Made by a program: the position numbers and the translations under genes
DNA from: Candidatus Woesearchaeota archaeon
GTDB taxonomy: Archaea; Nanobdellota; Nanobdellia; Woesearchaeales; GW2011-AR4
Direction: 5' to 3'
Assembly: GCA_016192985.1 (NCBI GenBank)
Contig: JACPTC010000017.1
Span: 1,182 to 65,181, forward strand
Length of the DNA stretch: 64,000 bases
Notes under the pieces: generated by a model
Told to the model about the DNA's origin: nothing
What the model saw: only the letters and a program-made list of their open reading frames with translations
Database searches by the model: none
In this document: piece after piece, positions 25,243 through 34,409 of the stretch
Layout: each line of letters starts with the position of its first letter
Numbering within the stretch: position 1 is the stretch's first letter

Positions 25243-26358
25243 TTATGCTACAATCCCTTTGTCAATAAATTCTTTTATAGAGCCTTTGCTGTAGCCGATT
25301 GATGCAAGAATCTCTTTTGAGTTTTCGCCCAATTTAGGCGCCCTATTATAATTCATTTTTTTAAATGATGAAAAAATCATAGGCATTGCAACTTGTTTTA
25401 CACCATCAAGCTGAATAATCACCTTTCTCTTATTCAAATCCTTATCATTAACCACATCTTTAATCTTGCTGACTGGCTCGCAGCAAAAGTCATGTTTCTT
25501 GTTTAGTCTTACCCATTCTGTTGATGTCTTACTTTTGAAGATACTCTTCATTTCTTTCATAATTGAGCTGTCCATTTGCCTTTTAAGAAAATCTTTTCTG
25601 TTGAGCGCATTGCAAAATGCCTGCCAGAATTTTTGCTCTACTGCACCGAGGCTTACGTATCTCTTGTCTTTTGTCCTGTATACATTATAACAGGGTGTAT
25701 TGTTGGATGAAAGCAAGGTTTTTGCACCTCCGGCAATAGAATAATGTGCAATATGGATCCCAATCAACGAAAGAGCGCTGCTAAATATTGGCACATCAAT
25801 ATAATTTCCATTCCCGCTTTTTTCCCTGTAAAATAATGATGAGGCAATTGAGAAGGCTGCTGTAACCGCACAACTTGTATCAGCAATTTGTATGCATGGC
25901 ACATAAGGCTTAAGAGATAAAGCCTCAAGCAGTCCGCTTGAAGCTATGTAATTCAAATCATGGCCAGCCCTGTTTTTATATTTAGCGTATTGCCCATAGC
26001 CGGATATTGAGCAGTAGATTATTTTTGGATTTATTTTTCTAATATTCTTGTAGCCAATGCTCAATGAGTCGGCTTTCCCAGGCCTGAAGCTTTCTATAAT
26101 CACATCCGCCTTTTTTGCAAGCTTCATGAAAATTTCTTTTCCTTTGCTTTTTTTAAGGTCTATTGCTATGCTCTTTTTGTTTCTGTTTAATGCGGAAAAA
26201 TAAGTCTGCGTATTTCTGAATACAACACTTCTCATAAAGTCCCCATGCAAGCCCTCTATCTTAACCACCTCAGCTCCCAGATCAGCAAGAAACAAAGAGC
26301 ACATTGGACCTGGCAAAAGAGTTGTTAAATCCAGAACTCGTATGCCTTTTAATAGCAT
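25243..26358 (-). CDS. family III CoA-transferase (CaiB/BaiF/AMACR-like)
   Basis: LKGIRVLDLTTLLPGPMCSLFLADLGAEVVKIEGLHGDFMR is the family III N-terminal signature. I prefer the ATG at 26358, which is preceded by AGGTGG; the track start at 26367 is GTG. Confidence 0.8.
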   Translation of the reverse strand: MLLKGIRVLDLTTLLPGPMCSLFLADLGAEVVKIEGLHGDFMRSVVFRNTQTYFSALNRNKKSIAIDLKKSKGKEIFMKLAKKADVIIESFRPGKADSLSIGYKNIRKINPKIIYCSISGYGQYAKYKNRAGHDLNYIASSGLLEALSLKPYVPCIQIADTSCAVTAAFSIASSLFYREKSGNGNYIDVPIFSSALSLIGIHIAHYSIAGGAKTLLSSNNTPCYNVYRTKDKRYVSLGAVEQKFWQAFCNALNRKDFLKRQMDSSIMKEMKSIFKSKTSTEWVRLNKKHDFCCEPVSKIKDVVNDKDLNKRKVIIQLDGVKQVAMPMIFSSFKKMNYNRAPKLGENSKEILASIGYSKGSIKEFIDKGIVA

Positions 26359-26531
26359 ATTTCCCACCTTAATTTCCTTAATTTAAATTCTTGAAGATGT
26401 GCACTGTTGCCATAGCACCCACACCCCCAATATTATGTGTTAATCCATATTTTGGCTTTTTTACTTGTCTTTCTTCAGCATTGTTCCTCATTTGCTTGAC
26501 AATTTCATAAACCTGCGCGAGTCCAGTAGGA

Positions 26532-26672
26532 CTTATCGGATGGCCTTTTGCTTTTAATCCGCCGCTTGTGTTGACAGGAAGCTCTCCATTTAACTCAGTC
26601 ACGCCTTTCCGTATTAAGCCTGAACCTTCCCCCTGCCTGCAAAATCCAAGGTCCTCGTAAGAAATAATCTCT
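26532..26672. repeat. 141-bp tract 100% identical to 29127-29267 (the 3' parts of the two thiolase paralogs)
   Basis: Base-by-base comparison of the two regions. Identity ends exactly at the disruption site in both copies. Confidence 0.85.
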
Positions 26673-26979
26673 AAATAATCTCTAAGGGAGTGAAAGCATC
26701 GTGCACTTCTGCAATGTCAATATCTTCAGGGCAAATTCCTGCCTCTTTGTATGCATTCGCCGCAGCCATTCTTGTTGCCTCCAATGAAGTCATATCCTCT
26801 CTTTCAAAAGGGCCAAGGTAATCATTGGATTCACCGGAGCCAGCTATCTCCACACTTCCTTTTTCTTTTGATATTATCAAAGCTGCTGAGCCATTGCATG
26901 AAATGCTGCAGTCAAAAAGCCTTAACGGAGACGCTACGACAGGCGAACTTTTAATCTCTTCAAGTGAAACTTTCTTGTG

Positions 26980-27132
26980 ATAGAACCTTGCCTTTGGGTT
27001 AAAGTATGCGTTCTTGTGGTTTTTGTATGCGACTAAGGCAAAATCATCAGTTGTAGCGCCGTGCTTCATCATGTATTGCTGCGCCACCAAGGCATTCTGG
27101 GCAGGGAAGTTAAGCCCTTCTGTCTGCTCATA
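26980..27132. repeat. 153-bp tract identical, except for one mismatch (27001 vs 29530), to 29509-29661
   Basis: Direct comparison. The tract encodes the shared peptide YEQTEGLNFPAQNALVAQQYMMKHGATTDDFALVAYKNHKNAYFNPKARFY. A further 32-bp identical block lies at 26906-26937 and 29435-29466. Confidence 0.85.
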
Positions 27133-27521
27133 AATGCGTTCGCCGCCCATGAGGATTTCGTCCGTCACTTTCTTGCTTATATTTGCAACAATCTTATCAA
27201 AGGCAACAGCCAGCACATTATCATAGTTGCTGGATCTTTGTAATTTTACCGCTGTCCATAAGGCTGTGCCGCCGCCAGCGCAACCTGCAGGCAGAGCAAG
27301 TATTGGCATTTTTTTCTGAAAAAGGCTGCTGAGCATTGAAGCACTATGCTTTTGCCTTTCGCCATTGCTCGTTACTTCAATGCTTGAAACAAAAACTGCA
27401 TCAATCTCATTCATAGTCATATCAGCATCATTCAGCGCTTCCATTACAGATTCATAAGCCATGTGGTATGATGCATCCTCTTGTGTGCCAAATCTTGTCA
27501 TGCCAACTCCCTTGACAAATA

Positions 27522-28973
27522 TCATCTAATCACCTTTGAAAGAAGCTTTGTCATCTTTGACTTTACTTTGTCAATAGGCGTTATTTTCGGTCTGCCTTGC
27601 GTTATAAGCAATTTTTTCAATAGGACAAGCTGCTCAAACTGGTCAATATTCTCTTCTATTTCTGCCATAGGCTCAAATTTCATACTTTGCAGCTTTTTTA
27701 TTGCACAGCCGCCTAACGCAACCAGCCTTTCTTTTCCTTTTAGCATATCTTCTGTCAGCATAGAGCCTATGATCAAATTTAATTCCTCTCCCCTTAATCC
27801 TATCAGCTTAGAAGTCAAATTATAGAGCAGGTTTAAGCATGCAGGACAGCTCTTGCCATCTATCACCTTTATATCAGGATGCGGCGTGTCGTGAGGCACA
27901 GCTGGCAATATGCTGTATTTTAATGCATCCACTTCATTACCAACCACTTCTATATGCTTTGAATCAAGGCATTTGCCATAAGCATCAATATAAGGTGGAA
28001 TTTCAAGCAACGTTACTTCGCAAAAGATTGCATCGACAGCAGCAAAGTTTTTGCCAGCTAATACCAAATTTAAGAAAGCAGGCTCACCTGACGCAAGAGG
28101 GCCTTGCCCCTGCATAGCTTTGGTTGCATCGGCTATGGTAAACACATTAGGAATAACTTTTGCTAGTTTAGCTATAATCTTGTCAAAGCCTACATAATAC
28201 ATCTCCCGCTGCGTTTTTTCATCCGCAAACCTTGCTAAATTTTCCAAAGCGCCAGAAAATCCAAGCTGAAAATTTGTCTTCATAATAGGCGCATTTATGA
28301 CCTTTCTATTCAAAGCTTCCTTGAATATTTTAAATGAAAACCCTTCTGATTCAATTTCCTCAAAAGGGCCCTTAGATATATCAAAAAAATTTACTCCATT
28401 CTTTTTGCAAACCTCAAGAATGCCGGCTTTTGCAGCAGCATCGTTTACATCTGAGCCAATCAAGGCTTGCTCAGCTACAACAACATCTTCCTTTTTTACG
28501 CCAAGCTCAAATAAAACCTTAAGCAATGCATCAAAAAATTCAGGATCTGTGTTTACTGCTTGATATGGGTAAGCTGCAGCTATTATGCTCGGCTTTACAA
28601 GAACTTTGTCGTTTGGGCTTAGCTCAAATTTCAGCAAGCCAAGTGTTTCTTTTATTGCCTCATATACATCATACTTCACTTTTGCTATAGAAACAGCATC
28701 TTCAGTTTTTGCCTTTTCTTGAATGTAATTGTCTCCTAGTTTATAATCTTTCATTGTTTTTTTTGGCATTCTGTTGCCAAACTCATCCTGTAAAAGAATA
28801 ATGTTATAAGGTATGATTGGATGCATTGGAGATTGAATAGAAACTTTTGTAATTCCGACTACTTTCAGCTTAGAGCCTTTTTGCTTGGTAATTTCTCCTT
28901 TGCAATAAACACATTTCTCAACAGGATAAATCCACTTCTTGTTGCATCTATCACATATCCATCTTATTATCAT
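27522..28973 (-). CDS. fusion protein: N-terminal DUF35 (Zn ribbon plus OB fold) and C-terminal DUF362 domain
   Basis: N-terminus: [20 protein letters not shown], then an OB fold ([31 protein letters not shown]). C-terminus: [33 protein letters not shown] and [21 protein letters not shown]...[13 protein letters not shown] match the DUF362 pattern as I recall it. It overlaps both flanking thiolase ORFs by 4 bp. Confidence 0.65.
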   Translation of the reverse strand: MIIRWICDRCNKKWIYPVEKCVYCKGEITKQKGSKLKVVGITKVSIQSPMHPIIPYNIILLQDEFGNRMPKKTMKDYKLGDNYIQEKAKTEDAVSIAKVKYDVYEAIKETLGLLKFELSPNDKVLVKPSIIAAAYPYQAVNTDPEFFDALLKVLFELGVKKEDVVVAEQALIGSDVNDAAAKAGILEVCKKNGVNFFDISKGPFEEIESEGFSFKIFKEALNRKVINAPIMKTNFQLGFSGALENLARFADEKTQREMYYVGFDKIIAKLAKVIPNVFTIADATKAMQGQGPLASGEPAFLNLVLAGKNFAAVDAIFCEVTLLEIPPYIDAYGKCLDSKHIEVVGNEVDALKYSILPAVPHDTPHPDIKVIDGKSCPACLNLLYNLTSKLIGLRGEELNLIIGSMLTEDMLKGKERLVALGGCAIKKLQSMKFEPMAEIEENIDQFEQLVLLKKLLITQGRPKITPIDKVKSKMTKLLSKVIR

Positions 28974-30039
28974 GAGCCCACCTTCTTCAATATACTCACT
29001 GCTACTGTACTTCCAGCTCCGCCTATGTTTTGAGCCAAAGCATATCTTATATTGCTAATTTGCCTGCCGTCAGCATCATTCCTCATTTGCTTCACCAACT
29101 CATAAATCTGGCTAATGCCAGTAGCGCTTATCGGATGGCCTTTTGCTTTTAATCCGCCGCTTGTGTTGACAGGAAGCTCTCCATTTAACTCAGTCACGCC
29201 TTTCCGTATTAAGCCTGAACCTTCCCCCTGCCTGCAAAATCCAAGGTCCTCGTAAGAAATAATCTCTCTGCCTGCTTATAAGCCTCATTTGCAGCCAGCT
29301 TTGTAGCTTCCCATGAGGTCATATCTTCACTTTCAAAAGTCGAAAGTCTGTCAACAAACAACGAGGAGCCAACAAGTTCAATGTCAGTCTTGTCTTTTGT
29401 TACAACAGCCGCAGCAGCACCATTTACAGACAAGCTGCAGTCAAAAAGCCTTAACGGAGACGCTACAACAGGTGAGTTTTTTATTTGCTTAAGTGTAACC
29501 TCTTTTTTATAGAACCTTGCCTTTGGGTTGAAGTATGCGTTCTTGTGGTTTTTGTATGCGACTAAGGCAAAATCATCAGTTGTAGCGCCGTGCTTCATCA
29601 TGTATTGCTGCGCCACCAAGGCATTCTGGGCAGGGAAGTTAAGCCCTTCTGTCTGCTCATATACTCTTTCAGCAGCCATCATTATCTCATCAGTAATTTT
29701 CATAGAATTATTAGTCAGCAATCTTTCTACCCCAACAACAAGTATATTCTCATAATCTAGTTTGTTGGCTGTCCATAAAGCTGCACCGCCACCGCCACAA
29801 ACCGCTGCTGTAGTAATTATCGGAATCTTTTTTCTGAATATGCTGCTTATAATGGAAGCAAATCCTCGTTGCCTTTCTCCGCTGTTTTCTGTATCCACAA
29901 TTGAAGAAACAATAGCATCTATTTTATCAATTCCAAAATCCGCATCATCCAGAGCTTCTAAAGTCGCATTGTAAACAAGCTCTTGGCTTGTATCAAGCTG
30001 CGCTCCAAAATTAGTCATTCCAACTCCCTTAATATACAT
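28970..30039 (-). pseudogene. SCP-x-type thiolase paralog 2, interrupted by a roughly 55-nt deletion that removes the HDAF catalytic-His segment
   Basis: The ORFs 29209-30039 and 28970-29197 together form one thiolase. Compared with paralog 1, the sequence between ...AATCTCT (ends 29267) and CTGCCT... is missing, which shifts the frame. The N-terminal ORF ends in the out-of-frame peptide [19 protein letters not shown]. Confidence 0.7.
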
Positions 30040-30051
30040 AGTAGAACCACC

Positions 30052-30543
30052 TTACTTAGTGAATTTAGCTCTAAACTCAGTTTTGCTGACTATTGCCAGC
30101 ATTAGCAGAGCTTCTGCCACTAAGTTTTCTTTTACATATGCTTTTCCCTGCAGGATAGCTCCTTTTTCATCTTGTGCTATTAAACTTACCTCAAACCTAA
30201 TCTGATTATTGGGAAGTATCGGTGCAGTAAACTTGACTTCCTTTAGTCTGTAAGCCAGTATATCCTTTTCCTCATGATTTGGGATATTGCTTCTTACAAG
30301 CAAAGTCGCTGCTTGCCCTATACCTTCAACTGTCAAGGCACCAGGCATAATAGGAAAGCCAACAAAATGCCCCTTAAAGAAATCCTCTTTTCCACTTAAG
30401 TCTTTAATCGCGGTAATCTTGCCGTTGCCTAAGCTTGTGACTTTATCTATAAATAAAAATGGCTCATCATAGGGTATAATCTTTTTTATATCAGGCTTGT
30501 CTATTTCTCCCTTTTCTTTCATAAGTTCATTTATCTGGCTCAT
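30052..30543 (-). CDS. fabZ: FabZ-like 3-hydroxyacyl dehydratase (FabA/FabZ hotdog)
   Basis: IIPYDEPFLFIDKV...AIKDLSGKEDFFKGHFVGFPIMPGALTVEGIGQAA follows the FabZ pattern (PHRyPfLLvD...nE.fF.GHFP..PvMPGvL.iEa.aQ). Confidence 0.8.
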   Translation of the reverse strand: MSQINELMKEKGEIDKPDIKKIIPYDEPFLFIDKVTSLGNGKITAIKDLSGKEDFFKGHFVGFPIMPGALTVEGIGQAATLLVRSNIPNHEEKDILAYRLKEVKFTAPILPNNQIRFEVSLIAQDEKGAILQGKAYVKENLVAEALLMLAIVSKTEFRAKFTK

Positions 30544-30664
30544 TTTGCTCTTTTTTTTAATTTTAGATTAATTTAAATAACTTTCTACCTTAATATATCT
30601 TAATATATATCTTCTGAAATATTTAATTTATTATCTATCTTGTGATAATTAAATGTCCAAAATG

Positions 30665-30672
30665 TTTAAATA
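30665..30672 (+). promoter_or_regulatory. TATA box (TTTAAATA) for accC
   Basis: It lies 22 nt upstream of the ATG at 30695. This supports that start codon and a leaderless mRNA. Confidence 0.45.
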
Positions 30673-30694
30673 AGGCTGTGCAAATTTATATTTT

Positions 30695-32605
30695 ATGTTA
30701 AAAAGCAAAAAGGGAAAGCTAAATGTAAGTCTAACTCGAAAACTGATTGTAGACACAATAAACAAAGCCCTAAGTCCGGTTGAAGAAGCCTACGTTTTCT
30801 TTAAAAAATACGTATTAAGTGTAAAAGAAAAATTCCCGGCTTTTTACAAGTCCTTTGAAGGAATTATAAATCAACAAATAATGGCCCCAAGCAAAGAATT
30901 ATTTAAGTCTTCAAAAATAAGTGACATGGGTGGCTTTATCACTGCTAATGTGATAAAAAGACTTCCCCATATTGATGAATCTCATGTTGAAGAAATCCTG
31001 CATAATCCATCCAGTAAATCCTTTTTGGAAGTTCTTACCATGGGATTCGGGATAAATAAGGAGAAAGAAAAGAGCTTTACTGTTTTAGGCAATGGAGGCT
31101 TTAAGAGAATTTTGATCGCTAATAGGGGTGAGATAGCTCTTAGAGTCATAAGGGCTTGCAGGGAGTTAGGCATAGAAAGTGTTGTTATCTATTCTGAAGA
31201 GGAGAAAGATTCTCTTGCCGTAAAGTTTGCTGACAAGTCCTATAACATAGGCAAACCGAAAAACTACCTTCATATAAAGAGAATTGTAAAAATTGCAAAG
31301 CAAAGCGGCTGCGATGCAATCCATCCTGGCTATGGTTTCTTGGCAGAGAACCCAAAATTTGCCAAAATTTGTGAGAAAAAAGGGATAAAGTTTATAGGCC
31401 CTTCTTTCAAGATGATAAAAAAACTTGGCGATAAGGTAGATGCAAAAAAAGCTATGCTCAAAGCAAACATCCCTATTCTTGAAGGTTTGAAGGAAGACCT
31501 GAAGAGCAGCAGGCACGCTTTGAAGGTTGCAAGAAGAATAGGACTTCCTGTTATACTGAAAGCGTCTGCTGGCGGCGGCGGCAAAGGTATGAGGATTGTT
31601 GCTAATGAGGAAGAATTGTCTATGGCTTATGAAAGCGCAAAGAAAGAAGCATTGAACGCGTTTGGAGATGGCTCATTATATATGGAAAAATATCTTGAAG
31701 AACCTAGGCATATAGAGTTCCAGATACTTGCAGACAGATACGGAGATGTAATCCATTTGGGTGAAAGGGACTGCAGCGTGCAAAGAAGGCATCAAAAGCT
31801 GGTAGAAGAAGCGCCAAGCCCTGCTTTAACCAACGAGATGAGGGAAACAATGGGAAATGCCGCTGTAAATGCAATAAAAGCAATCGGATATGATGGAGCA
31901 GGCACAGTAGAATTTCTACTTGACAAAAACAGGAACTTCTATTTCATTGAGATGAACACAAGGATTCAGGTTGAACACGGCGTGACAGAAATGGTAACTA
32001 ATGTTGATTTAGTTAAAGAACAGATCAAGCTTGCAGAAGGTGCAAAGCTTGCTTACAAACAGGAAGATATCAAAATAGGTGGGCATGCAATTGAATGCAG
32101 GATTAATGCAGAGGACCCAAGCAGCAATTTTACACCATCCCCTGGAACAATTGTTAATTACTTGCCACCTGGAGGCCCTGGCATCAGGATAAGCAGCTCA
32201 GCACATGTTGGATACAAGATACTCCCCCAGTTTGATTCATTGATAGCTTTGCTTATCTGCTATGGAAGGACAAGGCACGAGGCAATTGCAAGAATGAAAA
32301 GAGCCCTAGACGAGTTCATAATAGAGGGAGTCAAAACAACCATACCTTTCCATAGAATTGTACTGGGCAAAAGGCAGTTTACGAGGGGAAATGTCACAAC
32401 CTCTTTCATAGAAAACAACAACATAATAGAGGAGCTTAAATACTTAAAGCCAAAGAAAGAGGCGCTTACAAAAGAGAAAAAGGTCATAATAGTAACAACA
32501 GCTGTTGCGCAATATCTTTCAAAGAAGAAATCCAGAATCAAAGTAAATCCATGGGTAATGGCTGCACGGCAGGAAGCAATGAATGAGGGTACTGTAGAGG
32601 AATAG
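30695..32605 (+). CDS. accC: biotin carboxylase (AccC/PycA-type ATP-grasp) with an unusual roughly 135-aa N-terminal extension
   Basis: From residue ~137: KRILIANRGEIALRVIRACRELGI... The glycine-rich loop is ASAGGGGKGMRIV, followed by EKYLEEPRHIEFQILAD and NTRIQVEHGVTE. An alternative internal start is M116 (31040). Confidence 0.9.
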   Translation: MLKSKKGKLNVSLTRKLIVDTINKALSPVEEAYVFFKKYVLSVKEKFPAFYKSFEGIINQQIMAPSKELFKSSKISDMGGFITANVIKRLPHIDESHVEEILHNPSSKSFLEVLTMGFGINKEKEKSFTVLGNGGFKRILIANRGEIALRVIRACRELGIESVVIYSEEEKDSLAVKFADKSYNIGKPKNYLHIKRIVKIAKQSGCDAIHPGYGFLAENPKFAKICEKKGIKFIGPSFKMIKKLGDKVDAKKAMLKANIPILEGLKEDLKSSRHALKVARRIGLPVILKASAGGGGKGMRIVANEEELSMAYESAKKEALNAFGDGSLYMEKYLEEPRHIEFQILADRYGDVIHLGERDCSVQRRHQKLVEEAPSPALTNEMRETMGNAAVNAIKAIGYDGAGTVEFLLDKNRNFYFIEMNTRIQVEHGVTEMVTNVDLVKEQIKLAEGAKLAYKQEDIKIGGHAIECRINAEDPSSNFTPSPGTIVNYLPPGGPGIRISSSAHVGYKILPQFDSLIALLICYGRTRHEAIARMKRALDEFIIEGVKTTIPFHRIVLGKRQFTRGNVTTSFIENNNIIEELKYLKPKKEALTKEKKVIIVTTAVAQYLSKKKSRIKVNPWVMAARQEAMNEGTVEE

Positions 32606-32637
32606 TTTTATTACTCCTTCACGCCAGCAATTATGTT

Positions 32638-33360
32638 ATGAAATACACATTTTATCCTTTCAAATCTTTGACTTCAACTCAAGATAAAGCCAAAGAATTC
32701 TCCAAAAAAGCATCAAGCAGCATAGTTGTAATTGCAGATACACAAACAGAAGGAAGAGGCCGCTTTAAGAGAAAATGGCATTCTGCCAAAGGCGGCATAT
32801 GGATGTCAATATTGTTAATTCCAAGCAATATTGAAAAGTTGCAATACCTCACATTTATCGCAGCCATATCGGTAGTCAGATCAATAAAAAAAACTACAAA
32901 ATTAAAAACAAATATCAAATGGCCCAATGACGTTCATTACAAAGGCAAAAAACTGTGCGGCATTCTTACAGAAGGGATTTTTGGCAGAGAAAATTATGTA
33001 GTTGTTGGAATAGGATTAAACGTAAACCAAACAGAATTTTCTGATGATGTTAAGGATACAGCAACATCATTAAAGATAGTCAAAAAAAGAACAATTAATA
33101 TTGAAAAAATTAAAAAAACCCTAATTAGCGAATTTTTTATTTTATATGAAAAATACTATAATAAAAATAAACTAAAAGACATATCAAAAATCTGGAGAAA
33201 GCATTGCGACACATTAGGCAAAAATGTAACAATCATAACAAAAACAAAAATATTTACCGGAAAAGCAATTGGAATTGACGAAAACTGCAATCTATTGCTA
33301 AAACAAAAAAACAATGAAATAACAAGGATTGTGGAAGGGGACGTAAATGTAAGATATTAG
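32638..33360 (+). CDS. birA: biotin-protein ligase (BirA catalytic type, no N-terminal HTH)
   Basis: DTQTEGRGRFKRKWHSAKGGIWMSILL (the GRGRxGRxW motif) and KWPNDVHYKGKKLCGILTE. Confidence 0.85.
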   Translation: MKYTFYPFKSLTSTQDKAKEFSKKASSSIVVIADTQTEGRGRFKRKWHSAKGGIWMSILLIPSNIEKLQYLTFIAAISVVRSIKKTTKLKTNIKWPNDVHYKGKKLCGILTEGIFGRENYVVVGIGLNVNQTEFSDDVKDTATSLKIVKKRTINIEKIKKTLISEFFILYEKYYNKNKLKDISKIWRKHCDTLGKNVTIITKTKIFTGKAIGIDENCNLLLKQKNNEITRIVEGDVNVRY

Positions 33361-33460
33361 CCTATCTTAATCTTTTTTCTTATATCAGCCGGAATTTTGC
33401 AATTCAGGAGAGAGATTATTTCCCGCAACCTTTAAAAAAGATACAGTATAACCCTGTAAG

Positions 33461-33688
33461 ATGGCAATTCTGGGAAGCATACCAATATTAAGAAAACTTG
33501 TCGATACAACATATGCAATTCTGATAGTCATTATACTGAGCGCACTAGTAGGCTTGATTCTTGCGTTTCCCGTGATGTGGCTATGGAACTATGTATTCGG
33601 CAGCTTCCACAAAATAAGCGTTTTTCAGGCATGGGCTTTGAACGTTTTGGCAGGTATTTTGTTCGGGCATAAAAACTCTGGAAAGTAA
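33461..33688 (+). CDS. small two-TM membrane protein, hypothetical
   Basis: Two hydrophobic helices (AILIVIILSALVGLILAFPVMWLW and AWALNVLAGILFG). I recognise no family. Confidence 0.4.
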   Translation: MAILGSIPILRKLVDTTYAILIVIILSALVGLILAFPVMWLWNYVFGSFHKISVFQAWALNVLAGILFGHKNSGK

Positions 33689-33689
33689 A

Positions 33690-34364
33690 CTACAGAATTT
33701 TATCCAAATCCAAGAACTTCTCAAAATTTTTTGCTAAACTGCCCAAATCCTTAGAAAAAGGCACAACTCCTGCCAGCTCCGCTTTGCTAAAATTTTGTAT
33801 CACTTTTTTATTGTCTTCTTCAATTTTACCTCCTTTATAATAATTTACTATCACTCCCTTTACTTTCACACCGTTTTGGTATAAGGCTCTCAAAGTCAAG
33901 CTTGTGTGGTTGATTGTCCCAAGACCGGACCTCGCTACAACAATCACTTCAGATTTTAAATCTTTTATCAAATCGAGAACCGAATAATGCCTTGTCAATG
34001 GAACAAGCAAACCGCCGGCGCCTTCTATAATAACATAATCAAACATTCTGCACAATTCTTCATAATGCGACCTTATCATCTTTGGTCTTACTTTCCTATT
34101 TTCCAGCTCAGCAGCCAAATGCGGTGAGGATGCAAATTTGAAGCTATAATCGTTGAACAGACACTCATTAGAAATTCCGCTTAATTTTTTAACTAATGCA
34201 AGATCCGGAGAAGCAATCCTTCCTTTCAATAGGTTGCCGCACTGCACAGGTTTATAAACTGCAACATTCTTTTTGTTATCGAGAAGAATTTTCGCAAGAC
34301 CACAGGCTATTACAGTCTTTCCAACTCCTGTGTCAGTGCCGGCTATAAAAATCCCTTTTCCCAT
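33690..34364 (-). CDS. bioD: dethiobiotin synthetase
   Basis: GIFIAGTDTGVGKTVIACGLAK (the GTdTgVGKT P-loop) and EGAGGLLVPL. Confidence 0.85.
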   Translation of the reverse strand: MGKGIFIAGTDTGVGKTVIACGLAKILLDNKKNVAVYKPVQCGNLLKGRIASPDLALVKKLSGISNECLFNDYSFKFASSPHLAAELENRKVRPKMIRSHYEELCRMFDYVIIEGAGGLLVPLTRHYSVLDLIKDLKSEVIVVARSGLGTINHTSLTLRALYQNGVKVKGVIVNYYKGGKIEEDNKKVIQNFSKAELAGVVPFSKDLGSLAKNFEKFLDLDKIL

Positions 34365-34409
34365 CTCTTAATCTCTTACAAACCAATTTTAATCTATTTC
34401 AACATATGG

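Larger units (their letters stand above)
26378..27525 (-). pseudogene. SCP-x-type thiolase paralog 1, interrupted by an 11-bp tandem duplication (frameshift plus stop)
   Basis: Two ORFs (26671-27525 and 26378-26602) together form one thiolase. AAATAATCTCT is duplicated in tandem at 26662-26672 and 26673-26683. Removing one copy restores ...[45 protein letters not shown].... Confidence 0.75.

Noticed and set aside
26662-26683. Programmed ribosomal frameshift as an explanation for the split thiolase paralog 1
   Set aside because: The required -1 shift would occur at GAG ATT ATT TAG. This is not an X XXY YYZ slippery heptamer, and there is no obvious downstream stimulatory structure. The lesion is an exact 11-bp tandem duplication, and paralog 2 is broken by a different mechanism (a deletion) at the same place.
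30571-30587. 17-mer ATTTAAATAACTTTCTA shared with 50239-50255
   Set aside because: At 30571 it sits in the fabZ/accC divergent spacer, at a different distance and orientation relative to the genes. It is mostly TATA box plus AT-rich flank, so chance or generic promoter similarity is more likely than at the 37215/50230 pair.
30590-30613. TA-rich tandem-like repeat (TTAATATATCT TAATATATATCT) in the fabZ/accC spacer
   Set aside because: It is low-complexity AT-rich promoter DNA, not a convincing repeat family or CRISPR-like structure.
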